64,000 bases of DNA, from contig MFPL01000006.1 of NCBI GenBank assembly GCA_001784155.1, positions 87,280 through 151,279 on the forward strand, read 5' to 3'. The stretch comes from Candidatus Levybacteria bacterium RIFCSPLOWO2_12_FULL_41_12. Its GTDB lineage: Bacteria; Patescibacteriota; Microgenomatia; Levybacterales; UBA12049. Positions 1 to 9,038 of this stretch are shown piece by piece; within the stretch, counting starts at the first letter, position 1, and each line of letters opens with the position of its first letter. The notes below the pieces were generated by a model, which was given only the letters and a program-made list of their open reading frames with translations, was not told the DNA's origin and searched no databases. Made by a program: the position numbers and the translations under genes.

Positions 1-12
1 AATAAATTTGCA

Positions 13-411
13 ATGACACAATTTTCAAGAACTTATAACTTGGAGGAGAGAACTGCAAAATTTGGGGAGGATGTAATATTGCTTTGTAGGGGAATTGGTC
101 AAGACCCAATAACAAAGCCTATCATCTCTCAACTTGTGAGATCTGCCACAAGTATCGGCGCTAATTATACGGAAGCAAATGCTGCGAGTTCAAGAAAAGA
201 TTTTGCAAACAAGATTTTTATCTGCAAAAAAGAATCGCAGGAAACTAAACATTGGTTAAGAATGCTCGCCAAAAGCCTGCCTGAGCTTAACGAAAAAATC
301 CGGATTCTTTGGAAGGAATGTCAAGAACTGACTCTTATATTCCAACGCATAACATCAACAATCAGAAATGGCAGATCAAGAATTGAAAATTCAATGAAAA
401 TTAAAAACTGA
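13..411 (+). CDS. four-helix-bundle protein (23S rRNA intervening-sequence protein family)
   Basis: 132 aa. Motif pattern QLVRSATSIGANYTEA...SRKDFANKIFICKKESQETKHWL is typical of the TIGR02436-type four-helix-bundle proteins, recognised from memory. Confidence 0.6.
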   Translation: MTQFSRTYNLEERTAKFGEDVILLCRGIGQDPITKPIISQLVRSATSIGANYTEANAASSRKDFANKIFICKKESQETKHWLRMLAKSLPELNEKIRILWKECQELTLIFQRITSTIRNGRSRIENSMKIKN

Positions 412-434
412 AAATTAGAAATTAATATTAATTT

Positions 435-1091
435 ATGAAGAAGACTGTCCTACCAAAAGCATCAACACAAAAGTTTACCGAAGTCAAAGAAATTCAAGAC
501 AATCTGGTTCTTTTCCTAGACAACAGCGCTGTTTCGGTTGTTGAGGTTAATGCTACGAATTTTACCCTTCAAAGCCAGGCAGAACAAGACTCAAAGATCG
601 CGTCCTATGCTTCATTTCTTAACTCTTTGTCGTTTTCGATAGAAATAATCATAAGAAGTCAAAAGCTTGACATCGCCTCATATCTTGCGACTCTTGATAT
701 TGAAGCACAAAGATCAAAAAACCAAAACCTTTCATCCTTCATAAAATCCTATAAAACGTTCGTTGAAGAACTCCTAAAAACAAAGGTTGTTCTTGATAAA
801 AGATTTTATATAGTAATTCCCTACTCTCCCCTAGAAAGAGGCGTGAGCGGCGCGAAGAAGAAATCTTCCCAGACCGCAGCAATGGAGGCCAACTCAGTTC
901 TTCGCTCTAAGACGGAGTCGGTACTAATGCAAATAAAAAGGGTTGGCCTTTCGGCAAAGCTTTTGTCAAAAGAGGAGTTAATAGCCCTGTTCCATGATTT
1001 TTATAACATCTCTGGAGGCGCGTCAGCGCATGATGCAAAAAGTCCTATGGTTCTATCCCAAAAACCCTTCGACGTTGCTCAGGGTAAATAA
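435..1091 (+). CDS. hypothetical protein, possible T4SS accessory component
   Basis: 218 aa ORF ending 2 nt before the VirB4-like gene. No TM segment and no catalytic motif recognised. A function is inferred only from its position. Confidence 0.45.
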   Translation: MKKTVLPKASTQKFTEVKEIQDNLVLFLDNSAVSVVEVNATNFTLQSQAEQDSKIASYASFLNSLSFSIEIIIRSQKLDIASYLATLDIEAQRSKNQNLSSFIKSYKTFVEELLKTKVVLDKRFYIVIPYSPLERGVSGAKKKSSQTAAMEANSVLRSKTESVLMQIKRVGLSAKLLSKEELIALFHDFYNISGGASAHDAKSPMVLSQKPFDVAQGK

Positions 1092-1093
1092 AT

Positions 1094-2989
1094 ATGAAAT
1101 TTTTAAAGAAAAAAGGCAAGGCGAGGGAGGAGACAGTTACCCAAGCTGGATCTTCGCAGTTTGAAAAAGGGATGATGTCTGTAACCGACATAATAGCACC
1201 GTCATCAATTGAGATAGATTTTAATCACATAAGGGTCGGCGAAAAATTTTCAAGAACTTTTTTTGTGGTAGGGTATCCGCGCTTTGTGTCTCCCAACTGG
1301 CTTGAGCCACTTATAGATTTTGATCATTCGCTTAACATTTCTATGTTTTGTTATCCTGCCTCCGGACCCGATGTGTTGTCAGACATTAGACGCAAAATCG
1401 CAGAAATGGAAGCCACTGTTTCTATCCAGGAAGAACACGGAGAAGTATCTGACCCAAAGGTGATTGCGGCTCTGGAGGACGCCTTATCTGTTCAAGAGGA
1501 ATTGGCAAAAGGGATGGAGCGCTTTTTCCAGTTTAGCTTATATATTACGCTTAACTCTGACTCCATAGCAGATCTGGAAAGTGCATCCAAGGCGTTAAAA
1601 TCACTTATGGCATCAATCCTCGTGATGGCAAAGCCCGCAACTCTCCAGATGGAGGAAGGACTTAAATCCACTCTTCCAATGGGATCGGACAGACTTTATA
1701 TTGCACGCAACATGGACACCACCTCTCTTGCGTCAACTTTCCCGTTCACGTCATCTATTCTTACCCAAGACAAAGGTGTGATGTACGGGATTAATCAGCT
1801 CAACGGTTCGCTCATTATTTTTGACAGATTTAGCCTTGAGAACGCGAACGAAGTAGTTTTCGGAAAGTCAGGTTCGGGAAAATCCTATCTTACAAAACTT
1901 GAAACGCTCAGACAGTTCATGTTTGGAACCGAGGTAATAATTATTGATCCTGAGGGAGAATATGAAAAGATGACAAAAGCGCTGGGCGGGGAATATCTTT
2001 CCTTCACTCCGTCTTCTCCTATTAAAATCAATCCGTTTGATCTATCAGGACTTTATGAGGAGGGGGAAAATGAATTGGGGCTTAAGATCCTGTCTCTCCA
2101 CGCTCTCTTAAAAATAGTCATGGGAGCACTCGACTCAGGGCACGAAGCAATTTTAGACAGAGCGTTTGTGCAAGCTTATCAGCAAAAAGGGATAACTGCA
2201 GATCCATCTACCCAAACAAAAGAACCTCCCCTCATGGAGGACCTTTACAAAATTCTTTTAGGGATGGAGGACGCAACCGCAAAAGACCTGGCTCTAAGGC
2301 TAGAGCGATTTATCAAAGGGTCTTTGTCCGGAATTTTTAACCAGCAGTCAAATTTCAACATACAAAACCCGTTTACTGTTTTTTCTACCAAAGAACTTGA
2401 GGATCAACTGCGTCCGATTGCAATGCACATAATTCTTGATTTTGTCTGGACGAAAATTAGAAAGGATCTTAAAAAAAGACTGTTAGTTTTGGATGAGGCT
2501 TGGTACCTTATGAAATACGAAGACTCTGCGTCTTTTGTTTATGGCATTGCCAAGAGAGCAAGGAAGTACTACCTGGGACTTACCACAATAACCCAGGACG
2601 TCCAAGACTTCCTTTCAACAGACTATGGCAAGGCAGTCCTTTCGAACTCATCTATACAGATACTTCTCAAGCAAAGCCCGACCGAAATTGACCAGATAGC
2701 CGAAGTTTTCTATCTTTCCCAGCAGGAAAAGCAGCTCCTTCTCTCAAGCGATATTGGAGAGGGACTATTCTTCGCAGGACAAAACCACGTCGCAATAAAG
2801 GCAATAGCCGCGCCATTTGAACACAATATTATTACATCAAAACCTGAGGAGATACTAAAATCGCAAGAAGAAATCACTGAGCCACTCCAGCCAAGCCCAG
2901 ACCTTGCGGCTGAGTTCATTAGCCCCCAACCGGGGGCTTCTGATCCCTCCGAGGACATTTCTTCTGAAATAAAAGATCAGAAAACATAA
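1094..2989 (+). CDS. VirB4/TrsE-family type IV secretion ATPase
   Basis: 631 aa. Walker A 'GKSGSGKS' and Walker B-like 'LLVLDEAW' (the DEAW motif is a VirB4 hallmark). The N-terminal region 'FVVGYPRFVSPNWLEPL' is typical of Gram-positive VirB4 (TraE/TcpF) cores. Confidence 0.75.
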   Translation: MKFLKKKGKAREETVTQAGSSQFEKGMMSVTDIIAPSSIEIDFNHIRVGEKFSRTFFVVGYPRFVSPNWLEPLIDFDHSLNISMFCYPASGPDVLSDIRRKIAEMEATVSIQEEHGEVSDPKVIAALEDALSVQEELAKGMERFFQFSLYITLNSDSIADLESASKALKSLMASILVMAKPATLQMEEGLKSTLPMGSDRLYIARNMDTTSLASTFPFTSSILTQDKGVMYGINQLNGSLIIFDRFSLENANEVVFGKSGSGKSYLTKLETLRQFMFGTEVIIIDPEGEYEKMTKALGGEYLSFTPSSPIKINPFDLSGLYEEGENELGLKILSLHALLKIVMGALDSGHEAILDRAFVQAYQQKGITADPSTQTKEPPLMEDLYKILLGMEDATAKDLALRLERFIKGSLSGIFNQQSNFNIQNPFTVFSTKELEDQLRPIAMHIILDFVWTKIRKDLKKRLLVLDEAWYLMKYEDSASFVYGIAKRARKYYLGLTTITQDVQDFLSTDYGKAVLSNSSIQILLKQSPTEIDQIAEVFYLSQQEKQLLLSSDIGEGLFFAGQNHVAIKAIAAPFEHNIITSKPEEILKSQEEITEPLQPSPDLAAEFISPQPGASDPSEDISSEIKDQKT

Positions 2990-2999
2990 TCTTTAAGCT

Positions 3000-3833
3000 A
3001 TGGCCGACGACCAAAGACAAAAAACAAGAGTTAGCCCTTCAGGTATTAGAACCGCAATCAAAATTGCCAGATGGGCATTTTCTCCAGGCAAAATGGTCTT
3101 CGCGTCGGTTTTTGGAATTATGATATCGACCTTTATCTTTGTTACGGTTTTTGCTGCCACAGAAGGAGGAGTTATAGCTCCAGTTGATATCCCCCCCGGC
3201 GAAGAGCAGCCTCCCCCACCACCCGGCGAAGAACCCCCGCCGCCTCCGCCGCCCCCACTGTGCGGAACAGTTTGGGACAGTATTAAAAATGACTTTTCGG
3301 TTAGTGTATTTGTTGAAAAAACCAATAACAGATATGACAACTGTTCAGATCTTCAAGAGATTTATGAGGCCTATCAGAAAGCATCCCAATCAGATAGATA
3401 CAGATCACTTCTTAATGGCACCTCAACAACCATGAGAATTTATACCGACGAGGGATGTTCGGCATATACTCATAGCCCCTTTATAGACATTTATATTAAG
3501 GGCTGTCGGGACATAACCATAACCTACCTAACTCTCCATGAAACAGGACATCGTCTTTCTAGATTTATGCAGCCAGAATTCTCAAGGAATAAATTAGACG
3601 AACTTATAGAAAAAGATCCCACATGTTATGATCAGGGATACTTAAAGTCTTATTTCCGAAGAAAAGGAAGCAAACACGGCGAGTCGTTTGCCGAAATGGC
3701 GGCTTTATATGTTATGGGCGGAAGAGAAAGAGTAGCGGGAGAGGGAAGACCCATATCGGACTTTAAAAGCGAGTGCGACGACAGCTACAATTATATAGGT
3801 GGGGCTCTTTATGGAGGCTATGAATTTAGATGA
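3000..3833 (+). CDS. membrane-anchored secreted protein with poly-proline linker and HExxH zinc-metallopeptidase-like motif
   Basis: 277 aa. N-terminal TM helix, then 'PPGEEQPPPPPGEEPPPPPPPP', then a C-terminal domain containing 'LHETGHRL'. The antisense Gly-rich ORF is judged spurious. Confidence 0.45.
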   Translation: MADDQRQKTRVSPSGIRTAIKIARWAFSPGKMVFASVFGIMISTFIFVTVFAATEGGVIAPVDIPPGEEQPPPPPGEEPPPPPPPPLCGTVWDSIKNDFSVSVFVEKTNNRYDNCSDLQEIYEAYQKASQSDRYRSLLNGTSTTMRIYTDEGCSAYTHSPFIDIYIKGCRDITITYLTLHETGHRLSRFMQPEFSRNKLDELIEKDPTCYDQGYLKSYFRRKGSKHGESFAEMAALYVMGGRERVAGEGRPISDFKSECDDSYNYIGGALYGGYEFR

Positions 3834-4432
3834 TTTTTTATAAAAAAAGCTTAATTTTGATTATTGGTTCTATTTTGCTGATGGCAGTTCTCTTGATATC
3901 CCTTTTGTTTACACAAAGAGGGCAGGAGATAAAGGAGATTAGTCCAAAAACAATTGATAAGAGCAGTCCTTTTAAAGACTATACAAACATGAACTTTCTA
4001 AAACCGGGGATACATACAGAGGCAGATGTTGAAAAAATTCTAGGCATGCCAAAAACTATAACCCACAAAGGGGACAAGAAATATCTTCTGTACGATACTC
4101 CCTTTAATGACTTTGGGAATTTTGTTGTATTAAGAGATGGGAAAGTAGAATATGCTTTGGAAAATGTTTTTGGAAATTATCGAGGAAACCTAGATGATTA
4201 TAGGAAAATGTGTGGGAAAGAAGATAGGGTTTATTATGAAGACGGGGATGATGGAGAATGGTATGTTTTTCTAAAATGCGGGGTCGCTGTCGATGTTTTT
4301 GAATTCACAAGACAGGTGTTTTACTTTATCCCTCAAAACGAAGTTTCTTTTTTCAAAAACTTTTCAGGAGAACTTAAGATGCAAAAAGAGCCCCCTGAAG
4401 AAGACATAGAAACATTTATCCCTGCACCCTGA
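3830..4432 (+). CDS. membrane-anchored hypothetical protein
   Basis: 200 aa. N-terminal TM segment and a 4-nt overlap with the upstream gene. No recognisable domain. Confidence 0.4.
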   Translation: MIFYKKSLILIIGSILLMAVLLISLLFTQRGQEIKEISPKTIDKSSPFKDYTNMNFLKPGIHTEADVEKILGMPKTITHKGDKKYLLYDTPFNDFGNFVVLRDGKVEYALENVFGNYRGNLDDYRKMCGKEDRVYYEDGDDGEWYVFLKCGVAVDVFEFTRQVFYFIPQNEVSFFKNFSGELKMQKEPPEEDIETFIPAP

Positions 4433-5576
4433 TTGGCATTATGATATGGAGGAAGTTTTTATTTCCTTCTTCTTTAAAAACCCCAGGAGAAAGAGGCCCT
4501 GACATTTCAAAAAGGACACTATCTCCGTCCATAACAGAAAGTATGTCTAGTAAATATCTCGCGTTAAACGCGATCTCGTTTTCCTCGCCATTCACTTTTG
4601 CCTCCACCTCTACGCTATTTTCTCCAACAGATGAGGCGCTGGATGAAAAAATAACCTTATCTTTTTTTACAGTGAGTCTCATTACGTTTGCAGCATCTCT
4701 TGCAAAAACAGAGCAAATCCTGACTGCGTTTTGCGCTTCATTTTTGTCAAAAATCGCAGTTACCGAAAGATCGTGGGGAACTATCTTTGCGTAATCCGGA
4801 AACTCCGCTTCTATAAGCCTGCCAACTAGGGTTGATGAGTCCTGCACGAAGATTGCCTGGCTGTTTTCCCCAGACACAAAAAGTTTTATTTCGTCACTCA
4901 TGTTTTTCTGAGACAAAAGCTCTTTTATTACACGGGCGGGCAAGAGAAGCTTTTCTATCTTTTTTGAACCAAAAGAAAACCCCTTAAGAAGAGAGAGCCT
5001 GTAGCCGTCGGCTGCCACAACGTCTGTCCCGCCACCCCCCATTCCTGTTATTAAAACTCCCGATAAGGCCGGCCTGCCGGAGTCTTGAGACGCAGCGAAA
5101 ACCACCTTGTTCAAAAGGAGCATGTCTTCTTTTTTTATAACGCCCATGCCTTCTCCTTTTTCGCTTTGTATTTTGGGGAATTCGCCCGCTGGCATAGTAG
5201 AAAAGGAGGTTTTAATTTTTTCCCCGGTAATATTAAGAAGTGGTCCTTCAAGAGATAAAACCAGCTTCTCCTGAGTTACGTTTGAGATGAGGTCAAAAAG
5301 TGTTTTTGCTGGAACTGTTGTCTCTCCCTCTTCGTCTGTTTTTGCTGGTACATTAACAGTTATGCCTATTTCTAAATCCGTCGCGCTTATAACAAGCTCT
5401 CCTTTTTTTGCCTGAATAAGAAAGTTAAGAAGTATCGGAAGTTGGCTTCTTGAAGAAACAGCGTGATTTACAAAAGTTAACCCTTCCCTGAAGTTCTCTG
5501 TTAAAACCGTGGCTTTCATAAGTAATATAATTTGTTGTTGTAGTAGGTTAGCAGGAAAAGTGGAAAAAAGCAACAC
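4416..5576 (-). CDS. dnaN: DNA polymerase III beta sliding clamp
   Basis: 386 aa with a DnaN-like N-terminus (MKATVLTENFREGLTFVNHAVSSRSQLPILLNFLIQAKKGELVISATDLEIGI). Sits immediately downstream of dnaA. Confidence 0.9.
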   Translation of the reverse strand: MLLFSTFPANLLQQQIILLMKATVLTENFREGLTFVNHAVSSRSQLPILLNFLIQAKKGELVISATDLEIGITVNVPAKTDEEGETTVPAKTLFDLISNVTQEKLVLSLEGPLLNITGEKIKTSFSTMPAGEFPKIQSEKGEGMGVIKKEDMLLLNKVVFAASQDSGRPALSGVLITGMGGGGTDVVAADGYRLSLLKGFSFGSKKIEKLLLPARVIKELLSQKNMSDEIKLFVSGENSQAIFVQDSSTLVGRLIEAEFPDYAKIVPHDLSVTAIFDKNEAQNAVRICSVFARDAANVMRLTVKKDKVIFSSSASSVGENSVEVEAKVNGEENEIAFNARYLLDILSVMDGDSVLFEMSGPLSPGVFKEEGNKNFLHIIMPIRVQG

Positions 5577-5594
5577 TTTCGAGGCTAAAATTTA

Positions 5595-5603
5595 TGTGGA
5601 TAA
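5595..5603. promoter_or_regulatory. DnaA box (TGTGGATAA, perfect reverse-complement of TTATCCACA) in dnaA-dnaN intergenic region
   Basis: Exact 9-mer seen in the sequence. A second 8/9 box, TAATCCACA, lies at 5653-5661 and overlaps the dnaA stop. Confidence 0.55.
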
Positions 5604-5642
5604 CTGGTGGAAGAGAACCCAGGCAACTTGTTGACAAAAAAA

Positions 5643-6989
5643 TTAGGATTTGTAATCCACATTTGACAGGTAATTCTTTCCGGTTATCCCCAACATATCC
5701 TTAGAAAGTGTAGTCTTTTCAAGTAAGCCCTCTATTTTTTCAACACCATGCATGATTGTTGTATGATCCCGTCCGCCCAAAAGATTACCAATTTCTGAAA
5801 AAGTAAGCTCGGACTCTTTTTTCAAAAGATACATACAAACCTGTCTTGCCCTAACAAGTCCTGCATCCCTCTTCGGTCCTTTAAGCAGGGTGGGCTTGAT
5901 ATTGTAAAAATTACAAGTATTTCTAATTACTTCATCTGCCCCAAAGCCCGCGGTGCCACCATTTTGGGTATTCGCAAGAACGCCAGATCTGATTACATCA
6001 TCTTGTTCAACTCCGCGAGTCTCGGTTTCTGTGATAAGCCTTAAAAGGATTCCTTCGAGCTCCCTGGCGTCTTGTGTTTTTTCTGCAATAGATTTTGCCG
6101 TGTCCATTGACAGGTCGTAATCATACTTCTTCGCTTTTATAAGAAGTATTGCGCATCGAAGCTCAAAATCCAGGGGCCCAATGTCTACGGTGAGCCCTCC
6201 GCTGAATCTTGAAATAAGCCTTTTCTCAACCTTTTTCATTTCAGATGGGGGATGATCAGATGAAAGAACTATTTGCGCGCCGCCGTCAATGAGAGTGTTA
6301 AATGTGTGAAAAAGCTCTTCTTGAACTCTTTCTTTTCCAGCCAAAAACTGAACATCGTCCAAAAGAAATAGGGACGCTGATCGAAACCTCCTCTTCATGT
6401 CTGCGGTGTTGTTTGTTCTTATGGCATTTACCACCTCGTTTGTAAATTCCTCGCTCGTTATGTAGATAACCTTAGAGGACGGGGTTTTTAGATATACCTC
6501 ATTTGCAACAGCCTGCATGAGATGCGTTTTACCAACCCCTACCGGTCCATAAATGAAAAGAGGATTGTAAGTTCTTCCTATTTTTTCGGCAACTGTTTTG
6601 GCGCTAACGTATGCAAGCTGGTTGCTCGTTGAGACAGCCATGTTTTGAAACGTATAGTCGGCTCTTACTCTGGGGAGATGGCCTACTGTTCTTGTTGCGC
6701 TAGCTTCAAATAATGGCGCTTCTGTAACAGCCTCCTTGGTGATGGTCTTTGGTACGAACAGAAGTTTTGTGGTCTGTCCGGTGTGAGCGTCGAGCGACTT
6801 TTTAATAAGATCATAGAACCTTTTTTGGATAAGATCTATTATCATCGCTGAGGGCGCGGCTATAGTTACCGCTCCGTTTTCGAAAGAAACTAGAGATGTA
6901 TTTTTGAATAAAGTCAGGAAAATCGCTTTTGAAACTTCTGTTTGTATTTCAGCAAGCACCTTGTCCCAAAGCTTTGCGTCTAATGTCAT
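5643..6989 (-). CDS. dnaA: chromosomal replication initiator DnaA
   Basis: 448 aa. AAA+ Walker A 'GPVGVGKTHL' and Walker B 'LLDDVQFL'. The C-terminal DnaA DNA-binding region is present. Confidence 0.95.
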   Translation of the reverse strand: MTLDAKLWDKVLAEIQTEVSKAIFLTLFKNTSLVSFENGAVTIAAPSAMIIDLIQKRFYDLIKKSLDAHTGQTTKLLFVPKTITKEAVTEAPLFEASATRTVGHLPRVRADYTFQNMAVSTSNQLAYVSAKTVAEKIGRTYNPLFIYGPVGVGKTHLMQAVANEVYLKTPSSKVIYITSEEFTNEVVNAIRTNNTADMKRRFRSASLFLLDDVQFLAGKERVQEELFHTFNTLIDGGAQIVLSSDHPPSEMKKVEKRLISRFSGGLTVDIGPLDFELRCAILLIKAKKYDYDLSMDTAKSIAEKTQDARELEGILLRLITETETRGVEQDDVIRSGVLANTQNGGTAGFGADEVIRNTCNFYNIKPTLLKGPKRDAGLVRARQVCMYLLKKESELTFSEIGNLLGGRDHTTIMHGVEKIEGLLEKTTLSKDMLGITGKNYLSNVDYKS

Positions 6990-7111
6990 AGGGTAACTAA
7001 GGAGTTTACCAGACGCTCATGTTTTGCTGTCAAGATAATAAAGTGGATATAACCAGATACTAAATTAGCACTTTTAAAGAATACCCCGTTTTGTTATACT
7101 AAATCGAATTT

Positions 7112-7246
7112 ATGGAAAAGCTTATCAAGCTCAAAAAAATAAAAAGGAAAAGAAAACACGGTTTTAGAGAAAGAGCAAAGACTTCTGGAGGCCGGAAGGT
7201 TCTTAAGAAAAGAAGGCAGACAAAAAGAGCGAGACTTACCATCTAA
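7112..7246 (+). CDS. rpmH: 50S ribosomal protein L34
   Basis: A 44-aa ORF absent from the ORF track (below its length cutoff). MEKLIKLKKIKRKRKHGFRERAKTSGGRKVLKKRRQTKRARLTI matches the L34 pattern (..KR..HGFR.R......GR.VL..RR.KGR..L). It lies divergent from dnaA and its stop overlaps the rnpA ATG. Confidence 0.85.
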   Translation: MEKLIKLKKIKRKRKHGFRERAKTSGGRKVLKKRRQTKRARLTI

Positions 7247-7587
7247 TGCTTAAGAAGAAATATCGTTTGGTAGGACACAGTCTAGGAGCAAAAAGAAAAG
7301 TTGAAGACGCGCTTTTCATCTTAAGAATTTCAAACAACAAGCAAAAGGATTCAAGGTTTGGATTTATCGTTTCAAAATCCATTGACAAAAGAGCGGTAGT
7401 GAGAAATAGGGTTAAAAGAGTTTTCCGTTCACTAATTGAGGAAAGGATAGCTGGAATAAAGCCGGGTAAAGACTTTTCGTTTATAATAAAAAGAAAAGCA
7501 ATAGAAGCGGACAGAAACGAGCTCTCAAGGTCTCTAATTTCCGTTTTAAGAAAAGAAGAAGTATTAAATGAAAAAACTAACAGTTGA
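7246..7587 (+). CDS. rnpA: RNase P protein component
   Basis: 113 aa, basic. Has the RnpA-like 'RLKKRKDF...VVRNRVKRVFR' pattern in the conserved rpmH-rnpA order. Confidence 0.85.
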   Translation: MLKKKYRLVGHSLGAKRKVEDALFILRISNNKQKDSRFGFIVSKSIDKRAVVRNRVKRVFRSLIEERIAGIKPGKDFSFIIKRKAIEADRNELSRSLISVLRKEEVLNEKTNS

Positions 7588-7786
7588 ATTTATCCACGTT
7601 TACAGAATAACCTTCTCCTTTTTACTGAAGAATATTTTAGGCGTTCCCAGGATGTGCAGATTTGATATTACATGTTCAGACTACGCTATCCACTCCATAG
7701 AAAAATACGGTATCTTAAAGGGCGGACAAATGTCGGTTTCAAGGCTTTTAAAATGTCAGCCGTTTTATAAAGAGGGGGCTTATTAA
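7568..7786 (+). CDS. yidD: membrane protein insertion efficiency factor YidD
   Basis: 72 aa with the conserved Cys pattern 'CRFDITCSDY...LLKCQPF'. Positioned between rnpA and yidC. Confidence 0.8.
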   Translation: MKKLTVEFIHVYRITFSFLLKNILGVPRMCRFDITCSDYAIHSIEKYGILKGGQMSVSRLLKCQPFYKEGAY

Positions 7787-7788
7787 AA

Positions 7789-8610
7789 ATGAGCGGAATT
7801 TATAATGCTTTAATTCTCCATCCGCTGGTAAGTATTCTTGTCGGAATTTACCAGATCATAAATGCCATAGGTATTCCCTACGCTTTAGGTTTTTCAATAA
7901 TAGGCCTAACAATAGTCATAAGGTTTGTTCTATATCCCCTAATGTCCACTCAGCTTAGGGCGTCTCAAAAGATGCAGAAGGTGGCTCCGCACATCTCAAA
8001 AATTAAGGAACTACACAAGGGGGATTCTAAAAGAATTCAGTCCGAGACAATGAGGCTTTATAAAGAGCATGGTGTAAATCCGTTCGCCGGGTGCCTACCT
8101 GCGCTTGTCCAGCTGCCTGTTCTCTTCGGGCTTTATTCAGTTCTCAATAAAGTTTTCCATTTAAAAAGTAACGAGGTGGTAGCCGAAGTGAACAGGCTTA
8201 CTTATAATTTCGATTTTCTTAAACTTAAAGAAGCATGGGATCCGACTTTTTTTGGAATTGCGCTGGGAGCAAGCCCATCTCAACTATTTGGTGATTATGG
8301 ACCATTTGTTTTTTTAGTTCCCCTACTCACAGGATTTCTCCAGTTCATCCAGTCGAAAATGATTTATGCTCCAAAAAGCAAGGAAGATAAGGCCAAGAAA
8401 AAAGACCAAGATTTCGCAAGTGCTTTTCAGTCACAAGCCACATACATATTCCCAGTAATGATAGGATTCTTTTCATTCTCTTTTCCCTTGGGTCTCTCGC
8501 TCTACTGGAATACATTCACCGTTTTTGGTATCATACAGCAGTATAAAATCCAAGGACTTGGAGGATTGGAACAAGACATAGCATGGATAAAAACGAAAGC
8601 AAAACGATAG
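7789..8610 (+). CDS. yidC: YidC/Oxa1-family membrane protein insertase (short form)
   Basis: 273 aa, polytopic. Contains 'GCLPALVQLPVLFGLYSVL'. Synteny with yidD and jag supports the call. Confidence 0.85.
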   Translation: MSGIYNALILHPLVSILVGIYQIINAIGIPYALGFSIIGLTIVIRFVLYPLMSTQLRASQKMQKVAPHISKIKELHKGDSKRIQSETMRLYKEHGVNPFAGCLPALVQLPVLFGLYSVLNKVFHLKSNEVVAEVNRLTYNFDFLKLKEAWDPTFFGIALGASPSQLFGDYGPFVFLVPLLTGFLQFIQSKMIYAPKSKEDKAKKKDQDFASAFQSQATYIFPVMIGFFSFSFPLGLSLYWNTFTVFGIIQQYKIQGLGGLEQDIAWIKTKAKR

Positions 8611-9038
8611 AGGAAACCGCAACGAAACTTTTCGATCTCCTGGGTATTGATGAACCATTTGAAGTTAAAGAAATTGAAGAAGGAGCGGAAGTTGTTATAA
8701 ATGCTACTGATTCGGGCGTCATCATCGGGCGCCATGGTGAAAACCTTGAAGGGCTTCAGCTGGTTCTTTCTCTTTGTGTTTCTCAAAAGCTCGGTGAGTT
8801 TAAAAGGATTTCCGTAGAGGTTGGGGACTATAAAAAGAAAAGAGAAGAATGGTTAACAAATCTTGCCGTCCAAACAAAAGAGCGGGCTTTGTCTGAAAAC
8901 CGGGAAATAGCCCTGTCAAATCTTAAATCGTGGGAAAGACGGATAGTTCATATATATCTTCAAGAAGATGGTGAGGTTGTCTCGGAGTCCATGGGGGAAG
9001 GGAAAGACAGAGTACTTATTGTCAAACCTAAGAACTAA
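8583..9038 (+). CDS. jag: Jag/SpoIIIJ-associated KH + R3H RNA-binding protein
   Basis: 151 aa. KH-like 'VIIGRHGENLEGLQLVL' and R3H-like 'ERRIVHIYLQEDGEV'. Confidence 0.8.
   Translation: MDKNESKTIEETATKLFDLLGIDEPFEVKEIEEGAEVVINATDSGVIIGRHGENLEGLQLVLSLCVSQKLGEFKRISVEVGDYKKKREEWLTNLAVQTKERALSENREIALSNLKSWERRIVHIYLQEDGEVVSESMGEGKDRVLIVKPKN

Noticed and set aside
2993-3340. 115-aa Gly-rich ORF on the minus strand
   Set aside because: It is antisense to the poly-Pro (CCN)n tract of the 3000..3833 gene. Poly-Gly arises automatically from GGN on the opposite strand, and the rest of the ORF has no protein-like features.
4441-4794. 117-aa plus-strand ORF
   Set aside because: Lies entirely antisense within dnaN, which has strong homology support.
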